Origin: Octopus sinensis
Taxonomy: Eukaryota
Direction: 5' to 3'
DNA length: 64,000 nt
NCBI RefSeq assembly: GCF_006345805.1
Contig: NC_043024.1
Span: 5,456,001-5,520,000 of the forward strand
Every line of letters starts with the position of its first letter. Position 1 is the stretch's first letter. The notes below the pieces were generated by a model that saw nothing but the letters and a program-made list of their open reading frames with translations, had not been told where the DNA came from and searched no databases. Below, in pieces: positions 1-10,840 of this stretch. The translations under genes and the position numbers were made by a program.

Positions 1-171
1 CTCATCTCCATCAGCAACTCAACACATTTTGAGATCTATTATATTTTGAATTGTGCTTCATAAGGTCATCTCTGGACAATAAAACATGTTTTGAAGTTCT
101 TGTTAGTTTCTATAGGTTCTGCAGTCACAAATTGTTCCAGAATTTTGCACAAACACACAAACACACACACA

Positions 172-310
172 CCATCATCGTCATCGAATGTTCCTTTTCC
201 ATGCTGGCATGGGTAGGAGGGTTTGATAGGAACAGACAAGTCAGAAGACCACACCAAACACTACTGTCTGCTTTGGTTTGGTTTCTATGGCTGGAGGACC
301 TTCCTAACAC
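172..310 (-). mobile_element. Degenerate RTE-type 3' tail fragment (LINE or RTE-tailed SINE)
   Basis: Reverse complement resembles the RTE terminus at 6045-6200 (gttaggaagg...ccagc...acccatgccagcatggaaa...gatgatg). Confidence 0.55.
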
Positions 311-547
311 GAGGTCACCAATTAATTGCGAGACAAAGACCTCTCGACTGGTTGAGGTGGTGAGGTGGGGGAGCTAATATTGCTGGAGAGAAAGGTGTCT
401 TGCATTAGAAGAGGGACATGGCTCCTTCAGATGAAGAAGACAGAGGAGGGAAACACTAGGTTAAAATCTTGTTTGGCCCAAGCAAAGAAAAAAGGAAAAA
501 ATAGTGCAATAGGTGTGAAACAACATGTAGTAAACGAATACTCTTAC

Positions 548-948
548 TCTTTTACTTGTTTCAGTCATTTGATTGCAGCCATGCTGGAGCACCGCCTTTA
601 ATCGAGCAACTCGACCCCGGGACTTATTCTTTGTAAGCCCAGTACTTATTCTATCAGTCTCTTTTGCCGAACCGCTAAGTGACGGGGACATAAACACACC
701 AGCATCGGTTGTCAAGTAATGCAAGGGGGACAAACACAGACACACAAACACACACGCACACACATATATATATATACATATATACGACGAGTTTCTTTCA
801 GTTTCCGTCTACCAAATCCACTCATAAGGCTTTGGTCGGCCCGAGGCTATAGTAGAAGACACTTGCCCAAGGTGCCACGCAGTGGGACTAAACCCGGAAC
901 CATGTGGCTGGTAAGCAAGCTACTTACCACACAGCCACTCCTGCGCCT
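548..948 (-). mobile_element. tRNA-derived SINE with CORE-like centre and CR1/L2-like tail
   Basis: Minus strand has tRNA-like head (ggcgcaggagtggctgtgtggtaag), ggcaccttgggcaagtg core start, internal TA/TG microsatellite and tail ggcggtgctccagcatggc...gactgaaacaagta; near-identical copies at 22152, 35514, 57953. Confidence 0.9.
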
Positions 949-1977
949 ATGGAAAAAAAATATGGCGAACAGGAGGTGGGGAGACGACTCGGAAAATTCA
1001 AATCTCACCACTTCCCCATTCGTCGGCGAATTTTTTGTTCTTTATTTTCATTTTTTACACATTATTTTACACCCGGTACTCTACTTTTGTTCAATTTTTG
1101 TGACGGTGTGGGTGGGTGTGGTGCGGACTCGGATGATTCACACGATCCGGTAACCCCACTCGACAACCGGTCCTAAAAATGAAAACAAGAAGTGTAATAG
1201 GTGTAAAACAACATGTAGTAAACGATGTTAACGTTGAGTTTTTGGACCCTGTGAGATTGATCATGTGAATTTTCCGAGTCGTCTCCACCACCCCTCGTTC
1301 ACCAATGCGTATTTTTTTTTTACATATTCGTTTACTACATTTTATTTTACACCTATTGCACAATTTTTTTTGCTCAAGTCAAACACTGAAGTTTAGCTTA
1401 TACACACACACACACACACATAGATATATATATATATATACACACACACATATATATATATATGTACACACACACATATATAATAAATATGGGTGTGTTT
1501 ATAAATTCATTTATGTGTGTTATATGACCGCCATACTTCCTTGTTGGTCACTGTTTCTTTTGGCGGTAAAAATATGCCTCGTTGCCCTTAACAACAAACT
1601 TTCTCTTGCATAGTCTGTTGCTATGACAACATTACATTTGCAGATGTAGTTTTGCCGCCAATTACGACGTGCTGCTGATGTTTTTTTTTTTTTAGATTGA
1701 TGAGAAATCTGCTATCAGTTAGTTTGGCTATAATTTTCAGACATTCCATCTTTCGCAAAAGGATTACAATATATTTTTCAATGTATACCAAATATGTAGA
1801 TACTAACAACGGTACTTAATCCTTGTTTTGTATTGTACACTCGCTGGGATAAAAATATTTATACTTTATACCCTCACCTATTAATATGTGTATACACACA
1901 CATGTACATATTTGTTTACTGTGTATTAACAATTATACGTATTTCAGTGGCTCACATTTCTCTGTCTGTCTGTCTCT

Positions 1978-2026
1978 CTATATACATACATATATATATA
2001 TATACATATACATACATACAAATATA

Positions 2027-2108
<82 letters not shown>

Positions 2109-2228
2109 TATATATACATACACATATAGACCTATATAAGATTATTGACTTTGACATTTCAAATAGCGATATGAACCGGTGGTATATATATGTGTGTGTG
2201 TGTGTGTGTATATGTATATATATATATA
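1978..2228. repeat. (TA)n/(TG)n microsatellite tract
   Basis: Long TA dinucleotide run with CA/TG interruptions. Confidence 0.95.
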
Positions 2229-2900
2229 GATTCTCACAAAGGCAAAATTGTCTTCTAAAATTACGGATGCAAAAGTAAAAAATGTGGTAGATCGAACTGT
2301 GCAACATGTCCTAACCTATTAGAAGGATCTGAATTCTTCTTTAAAGAGGGACAGAAATTCAAGATCAAATCTAACTTTACTTGTGCCTCTGAAAACATAA
2401 TTTATGTCATTAAATGCTCGGGCTGCCACCAAGACTACGTGGGTTCCACGGGACTATCACTCAGGCGTAGATGCACACTGCATCGACAACAGATTGCATT
2501 CCCAGAATATAGAATGATACCTTTTAGTGAGCACATTGAGAAATGCGCAAAGCAACTACTGCCACAATTTTTAATCTTCCCATTTTACCAATGTGCTTTC
2601 GGATCATCAACACAAATGAGACTGAACAAGGAAACATTCTTCATTGAAAAGTACAAACCCAGACTCAACCATCCAAACATACTGACACAGAGAAATTAAC
2701 AAGGGAAAGGAAAAAAATTTTTAAGAGATTATCTCCCTTACACCGGAAGAAATCACTCACTACCTCCCCTTATTTAGAAATCTCCTGAAAATAAACACAA
2801 CGATAACTCCATGCAATATAAACATAACGTCACAAGAAATTTGAAAAGCTACACGCGAAACCGGTAATTTCTTTAAAAATTTTAAAATTATGTCATTTTA
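2229..2900 (+). mobile_element. Penelope-like retroelement 3' fragment 1 (Cys-rich linker + GIY-YIG endonuclease, ORF remnant 2229-2699)
   Basis: Frame of ORF 2439-2699 extends upstream: CGRSNCATC...FTCASENIIYVIKCSGCHQDYVGSTG..LRRR...H...RLNKETFFIEKYKPRLN; followed by a hammerhead motif. Confidence 0.85.
2834..2873 (+). ncRNA. Minimal type I hammerhead ribozyme (U3-A8 core variant) in Penelope 3' region
   Basis: Stem I aagaaat/atttctt; core UUGAAAA; stem II gc-tacac-gc; GAAA; palindromic stem III ACCGGT; GUA cleavage triplet ending at 2866. Confidence 0.75.
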
Positions 2901-3983
2901 AGGAAAGGAAAAAAATTTTTTCCAATATTCTCCAGACATTTTGACACAAATATATATATTTTTTAACATTTAAGCCTTCTGTCGTTTTTTCACACTTTAC
3001 TATTTTCTTATATATTCACCCACGTGCTTTACCAAACAAACTTTCTTATCTATATATATATATATATACACATACATACATACACATGTCTCCAGGAACT
3101 TAGAACTCACAAATAGAAACTATCCACAGCCCCTAATAGACAGTGCAATCCAAAGGGCACTCAAATTAAGTATAGAAGACCTGAGACAAACAAAACCAAA
3201 AAAGAAAGAACAATTAAAAACCCTTCCCTACATCTCTACACACAACCCACTCAACAATGAGGCCTTCAGCACCATACTACAAAGCACAGCCCTACTAAAG
3301 GGAGACCCAAAGATGAACCGGATCCTCGAAACACACACCATCATTAAAAGTAAACGGCAACCAAAATCCTTGAAAAGGATTTTAACCCAAGCTAAACTGC
3401 ACTCAACATCAACCACAAAACCAGCAGTTAGAAAATGTGGAAGGCCCAACTGCGGAATCTGTGTCATCTTGATAGAAGGTTCAGAATTTATACTAGAACA
3501 AGGCCATCAGTTCACCATTAGAGCAAACTTCACCTGCGCATCAGAAAACTTAATTTACGTCATAACATGCACAGGCTGCAATAGGCAGTATATAGGCCAT
3601 ACATAAAATAGCTTACGTAACAGGATGGCGGTGCATAAATCACAAATTAAAAACCCTGATTACCGCAAAATACCGGTCAGCGGACACATAGATAGATGTG
3701 CTGGAAATGTAAATCCGAAATTTACAACTTACCCGCTTTATAAATTCAGTGACAGCGTAACCTTCACACAACGCCAAAATAAAGAACTGTATTTCATCAA
3801 AAAATTTAGACCAAGTTTGAACACCCTGGGCTAGGAATATTAAAACAAAAGATTGGTCCTCCGAAAAGGAGAAGCGAAATTCCACCACGGCCGCTGCCTT
3901 AAAGAGTCACTCACACTGACAGAAATATGTCTTAGGGAAAAGGAAAAAAATTCATAAAAAGATCTCTACGAGCAGATCTAATC

Positions 3984-4370
3984 CTGATTCGTCGAGAAAC
4001 TGATGACGTATTACCTCAGTGGACAATCTATTGTCACCCTGCTTGGTCGGTTTCCACATACGATACAGCTAAGGGTCAAACCCGATTCTGATTGGTCTAA
4101 ACATTGATGACGTCTCGTTCTGCTGGACTAGCCACCTAACGGGATGATTGGTCAAAACAGTGATGACGTCACGTTCCGCTGGACTAGCCACCTAACAGGA
4201 TACAGACATGGGTCAGAGCTAATACAGCTATAGGTCAGACCCAATTCTGATTGGTCGAAACATTGATGACGTCCCGTTCTGCTGGACTAGCCACCTAATG
4301 AGACGATTGGTCAAAACTTTGATGACGTCCCGTTCCGCTGGACTAGCCACCTAACAGGTGATATAAAACC
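3984..4370 (+). promoter_or_regulatory. Tandem CCAAT + CRE-like repeats followed by TATA (Penelope pLTR promoter-like)
   Basis: Four clear copies of gattggtc....tgatgacgtc.cgtt..gctggactagccacctaa plus a degenerate one, then TATAAAA at about 4362. Confidence 0.55.
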
Positions 4371-4608
4371 CAAACATTTCACAAGATTCACCAGAACTAT
4401 TCGAACAGACACCAACCAACAGTCATCACAGTTGCTCCCATTGGAACACAAGGTAAAACCTAAAATGAATTCCTCGCTTTTTCAACTATGAACTACTACT
4501 GCATACTCTTTAAACATATAGCATGGACTCGCTCCACTATATATGAATTTTTTATTATATATGAATTTTTTATATTTGATAGCATGAACTATCTTTTTTA
4601 TATATAAA

Positions 4609-4652
4609 TTTTTTGATAAGGTTCGTCATTTCAAGAACCGAAACATATTAAA
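4609..4652 (+). ncRNA. Degenerate hammerhead ribozyme motif (U3-A8 variant)
   Basis: UUGAUAA core, stem II ggttc/gaacc, GAAAC; stem III acatat is one change from palindromic acatgt; stem I weak. Confidence 0.45.
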
Positions 4653-4737
4653 TAAATAATGTATATATAAAAATCAAAAATTTGTCTAATATAACAGCAT
4701 TTTCAAACTTCATTTTTTACAAATATATATATATAGA

Positions 4738-6200
4738 CATAGTTTTCGTATGTGGCAGATGCTCAGGAGAAATAAACACTGGAAATGTGCAGAGACCAAC
4801 TGCTACCACGTTCCAGGGAGACAAACTAGAAGTAGTTGATAGCTTCCGCTACCTAGGAGACCAAGTCAGTAGTGGGGGTGGGTGTGCTGAAAGTGTAACT
4901 GCTAGAGTAAGAATAGCCTGGGCAAAGTTTAGAGAGCTCTTACCCCTGCTGGTGACAAAAGGCCCCTCGCTCAGAGTAAAAGGCAGACTTTATGATGCAT
5001 GTGTACGTACAGCCATGCTACATGGTAGTGAAACATGGGCCGTGACTGCTGAGGATATGCGTAAGCTCGCAAGAAATGAAGCCAGTATGCTCTGATGGAT
5101 GTGTAATGTCAGTGTTCATAATCGTCAGAGTGTAAGTACCTTGAGAGAAAAGTTGAACCTAAGAAGCGTCAGTTGTGGTGTGCAAGAGAGACGGCTGCGC
5201 TGGTATGGTCATATGACGAGAATGGCTGAAGATAGTTGTGTGCAAAAGTGCTACACCCTAGCAGTTGAGGGAACCTGTGGAAGAGGTAGACCCAGGAAAA
5301 TCTGGGACGAAGTGGTGAAGCACGACCTACGAACTTTAGGTCTCACCAAGGAAATGACTAGAGACCGAGACCTATGGAAGTATGCTGTGCGTGAGAAGAC
5401 CCGGCAAGACTAGTCAGGCCATAACCCGTGGCCCCTACCTGGGACGTAGTCAGTCCACCTGTGCATACCTTCCTTCTTGTGACACTTGTGAAGACCTGTT
5501 GAGGCAAGTGAAAATCAAACAAAATTAAAATAGATGAACATCAATGGAATTTGTATCTTGTGGTACCAGTGCCGAGAAAACCATCTGAACGTGGCCGTAG
5601 CCAGTACCGCACCGACTGGCCTCCATGCTGTGGGCACGTAACAATCACCATCCAATCGTGGCCGATCGCCAGCCTAATCTGGCACCTGTGTCGGTGGCAC
5701 ATAAATAAAAAAAAACACCATCCGAGCGTGGTCGTCTGCTAGCCTTGTCTGGCACCTGTATCGGTGGCACATAAAAACACCATCCGAGCGTGGCCGTTCG
5801 CCAGCCTCGTCTGGCACCTGTGTCGGTGGCACATAAAAACACCATCCGAGCGTGGTCGTCTGCCAGCCTTGTCTGGCACCTGTGTCGGTGGCACATAAAA
5901 ACACCATCCGAGCGTGGCCGTTCGCCAGCTTCGTCTGGCACCTGTGTCGGTGGCACATAAAAACACCATCCGAGCGTGGCCGTTCGCCAGCCTCGTCTGG
6001 CACCTGTGTCGGTGGCACATAAAATCACCCACTACACTCTCGGAGTGGTTGGCGTTAGGAAGGGCATCCAGCTGTAGAAACACTGCCAGATCTGACTGGC
6101 CTGGTGCAGCCTTCGGGCTCCCCAGACCCCAGTTGAACCGTCCAACCCATGCTAGCATGGAAAGCGGACGTTAAATGATGATGATGATGATGATGATGAT
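4738..6200 (+). mobile_element. 5'-truncated RTE-clade LINE (C-terminal ORF + 3' UTR + (ATG)n tail)
   Basis: VCGRC..GDKLEVVDSFRYLG..LHGSETW..RRLRWYGH..GRGRPRK; homologous to 12930-14172; ends gttaaatgatgatgatg. Confidence 0.93.
5575..6030 (+). repeat. About 59-bp tandem repeat in RTE 3' UTR
   Basis: Unit accatccgagcgtggccgttcgccagcctcgtctggcacctgtgtcggtggcacataaaaac, about 7 copies. Confidence 0.9.
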
Positions 6201-6531
6201 ATATATATAGACATACTTACACAACTGGGACCCCCGACGAATTTGTTTCCTTATAACCTTATAACTTTTAGACAGATGGATATCTTTTAATGAAATTTCT
6301 ATGACAAAAATGCTTCAGATGATGAAGATTCCAATTATATTGGAATTTGTTGTGAAAACAAATTTTCAAACGTTGAGAAGTTGACTTAAATCCTTATAGA
6401 AACTTTCAGAAAAATGGATATTTTGTTTGTGTGAAAATTTCTACAAATCCCTTTCAAATGGATTAGATTAAGATTATATTGGCATTTAACATGAACAAAC
6501 GTTAAATATTTGGTGGATACACAAACATATA

Positions 6532-6631
6532 NNNNNNNNNNNNNNNNNNNNNNNNNNNNNNNNNNNNNNNNNNNNNNNNNNNNNNNNNNNNNNNNNNNNN
6601 NNNNNNNNNNNNNNNNNNNNNNNNNNNNNNN
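6532..6631. other. Assembly gap (100 N)
   Basis: Run of N. Confidence 1.
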
Positions 6632-7419
6632 AAAATATTAATTAACGTTTGATGTAGAAACCTAGAAATTCTCTTGAAGCTGTCGTTGTCCACTCTGACT
6701 CCAGTTCTCACATCTTCCTCCTTCACTCTTTCTCTCCATATCTATTACTATGTAAGTATTTATTTAAACATTTCTATTATATATGTGTCGTATTATGTAC
6801 ATTTATTTGTTTCGATGTGTTGAGAATGTTAAAAGGAAAAAAAATCTCACTAAGACGAAATTATACGAAAGGCTGTAATTTTAATACTTTCATTGTGTTG
6901 TCGTTTTCTTTTAGACATTTCATTGCACTTTTGGTTATTTTCTAAATTATTTGTAAAAACGTCGGATCAATCCCTTGTTTAGATAACATTTATCTTTCTT
7001 TCTAACGTGTAAATTCGACAATTTCGTTAAATGCGGGAAAATTACGATGTAATTAGTAAGAAATGGGGAATGTATAAAAATACGAGTGTGCACTTGAAAT
7101 ACTGAAACGAAAAGCAAATATCGTATCGAGAGGAAATGAAACGGCTTTTATTTGAGACGTAGTAAGTCTTTATTTCTGGTGGTTCTTCTACATCATTAAA
7201 AGTTAGAATTAATATATTTTCTAATTTATTTAATTGTGTGTGTGTGGAGTGCTGCTTTAAGCACCAAATATAATCCCTCGTCACATATTTTTATGGGGGG
7301 ATTTTCAGAAATTTTTGCGTACGAGAATTCGTTCGGTCATGCAACCAAAAAAAGAAAAAGAACAACTGTGATTTATGAGCTATTTAGCTGTTATTTTTCG
7401 CACACCTCACGACCAGTAT

Positions 7420-7570
7420 GGTAATAATTCTCTGCTTAAGTTCCTCTGGGCTTGCAGGAAGAGGGGAGACATAGACTAGGCCCTCCCTGAGAAAGAAATG
7501 GCTCAGGTGAACGTAGCGGCCATTTCAACAGCACATTGCCTTCTTCAGGACGCGCCAAACTCTTTGGAGG
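7420..7570 (-). mobile_element. Tc1/mariner transposase remnant (paralogs near 31550 plus, 42290 minus, 55620 minus)
   Basis: Paralogs translate WPLRSPELTPCHFFL / WPPRSPELKPCRFFL, the WPxxSPDL motif. Confidence 0.6.
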
Positions 7571-7722
7571 AATCTGGCTTTCATTCTCCACATCAACCAA
7601 TAATTTTTCCTACATTAAAATTACCCCACTAAGGATTTTGATGCTGTTAGTGAGACATCAATATTATTTACTGACATTTATTCATCTTTTATGCTCACCA
7701 AAATATTAACGTTGAGCTAACC

Positions 7723-7764
<42 letters not shown>

Positions 7765-7794
7765 TATATGTGTGTGTGTGTATTTGTATATATG

Positions 7795-8085
7795 GCTCCA
7801 ATGCAGGTGGCATGTAAAAAGTACCATTCGAGCATGATTGATGCTAGTGCTGCCTGACCCATGACGGTGGCACATACAAAGCACCATTCAAGCATGGTCG
7901 ATGCCAATGCTACCTGACTGGCTCCGTGGCACATAAAAGGCAACCGCTGCACGCTCAAACAGCATCAAGCTGTAGAAATCTTGCCTCATAAGATTGAAAC
8001 TTTGTTCAGCCTCATGGCTTGCCAGTCCTCAGTCAAACCTCACAACCCATGCCAGCGTGGAAAGCAGATGTTAAACGATGATGAT
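7795..8085 (+). mobile_element. Old RTE 3' UTR fragment (paralogs 42663-42955 plus, 31040-31335 minus)
   Basis: gtggca..taaaa..accatt repeats and tail acccatgccagcgtggaaagcagatgttaaacgatgatgat. Confidence 0.75.
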
Positions 8086-8837
8086 AAAGGTAGAGAAGGA
8101 GCGATGTCTGTTTTAGCAAACAAAGATACAAGACTGCAATGAAAACATCAGAAATCTAGTGTCATTTATATGTATATTAGTGTGTGTGTGTGGAAGTGTG
8201 TCTATGACAGACTTTACATTCCAGGAGTTGTATTATAATAGATGTGTCTACTCTATGATATAAAAATTTTGCTAATGCAGAATTGGATATAAATTTAATA
8301 TTTCAGATAAAGAATTACTTCTACAATTTATGAAAACAGAAATGTCGTAAATTAGCACTTTTGAATATCTGCCTTTTAAACATACTTTATGTCTTATATT
8401 ATTTTTTCTATTCTTTCAGAAAATCACATGAAATTGGCTAAAAAGTATTCTTTACTTTTAAAGAATCATCAATATGTATCATGTTTGAAAGACTGCAAAG
8501 ATATTCTACAAACATATAATCTTTCTTCTATAAAACGTTGCTGAATTACAGTAATATATTTCCTCTGAGACAGAAAGCATTTCTTTACTTCTGAAATGTG
8601 CAAGAGATAATTTTCTCTTTTAAATATACTGTGATAGATTTTGAAACAGTATTTGCGACATTTTTAATATTGGCATTGACCACATTTAGAAATATAAGAG
8701 AAGTGATATTGTTTTTGGAATAAACTATAAAAGTCAAAAGAAGCAAAATATCCATATATTTTGGTGAGAGGAGAAATATTTTTGAAAAGTTGTTGATCTG
8801 TACAACTTGAAGGATTGATTATATTTTTCTTGAAGAG

Positions 8838-9696
<859 letters not shown>

Positions 9697-10206
9697 AAAC
9701 CATACCCCTGTGATATCTATGGTAAGACGTTCTCTGGAAACAGTCACTTAACTATACACAAATGCATTAACACTCAAGTAAAATCAATTCACAGTGATAT
9801 CTGTGGTAAATCATTTACACAAAATCATTTCTGATTTAAACAGGAGTCTTTCCTTATGAAGTGGGTCCATAACACAGTGATATTTGTTGTATAACATTTC
9901 CTCAGAAGGACAAAGGACGTATCTCATAAAGACATCCACAGAATATAGAAACTATATGAATGTGACATCTATGGTAAATCTTTGACATGAAATCATCCAT
10001 TATTGAATCAAAAGAGCATTGACAGAGGAAGGAAAACATATCACTGTGATGTTAAACCTGAATCATTCTTTCAAAATGGTGAATTGTTTGTACACAGTCC
10101 TTTTAATATGAAAGATATAACTGTAATCTAAGCTATTTGTGCTAAATCAATCTATGAAAATGATCAATAATTGAAATGTAAATGCATTGATACAGAAGAG
10201 GAACCA

Positions 10207-10460
10207 CGATGATGATGATCCTCATCAATTAACATTCTCCTATTCATGCTTCTGTGGATCAGATGGAATTCATTGATGCAGATTTTCTAAATCTGGGTCC
10301 CTTTCTTGTGACCAATCTTCACCTGTTTCCAAGCAAGGAAATATCTTCCCTGGTGAGACATATTTTACACAGAGGACTGGAAGTGAACAACTGCACAAGT
10401 ATGACGGTCATGATCTCCCTTTACGAACATCACATAATATCTGGACATGGGTACACACAC
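10207..10460 (-). mobile_element. Old RTE-tailed SINE/LINE remnant in ZNF 3' flank (paralogs 18420, 28380 plus, 45408, 61935)
   Basis: Read on plus at 28530-28636: aagaaagggacccagatgtagaaaatc...gttaaatgatga, matching the RTE terminus. Confidence 0.6.
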
Positions 10461-10840
10461 ATACAGACGCATGTATGTCTGAAGAATTTCTTATAGGAAA
10501 TATCTTACATGTTTTCTACACATCTAAAAGTTTTTGATTCCTATTAGGAAATGAAACACATGTAATGCTGAATAAATAATATCAAACTTTTCTCCGGTCT
10601 CCTTATGTGATTTGTAATTACCTTGCAAAAAATATTATCCAAACCTCCCACAAAAATAATGTACGTGTAATATAATTTTGGAAGGTGGGTGATGTTCTGA
10701 TGGAGAGATTAAAGAAAGGTAGAGAGAGACAGATGATGGTGGTGGTTGTGATGGTGAATACAGAGTGAAAAGTAATGTTTTTTTTTCACTTGAACTGATG
10801 TGTTACATTATATTGTGACCCCTATATTTTACATATAAGG

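Larger units (their letters stand above)
3088..4680 (+). mobile_element. Penelope-like retroelement 3' fragment 2 (linker + GIY-YIG, in-frame stop at 3604, pLTR-like 3' region)
   Basis: NYPQPLIDSAI..LPYISTHNP..KRQPKSLKRIL..CGRPNCGIC..NLIYVITCTGCNRQYIGHT*..RQNKELYFIKKFRPSLN (ends 3834). Confidence 0.88.

Noticed and set aside
1833-2307. YIYIYI-rich ORFs
   Set aside because: Translation of a (TA)n microsatellite
5575-6030. CRISPR-like regular repeats
   Set aside because: No unique spacers and no cas genes; head-to-tail minisatellite inside a eukaryotic LINE 3' UTR
10254-10496. Recurrent 80-aa ORF MDQMEFID.. in several units
   Set aside because: Antisense of an old RTE-tailed repeat copied with the duplications; frame differs among copies and the start is not a real ATG
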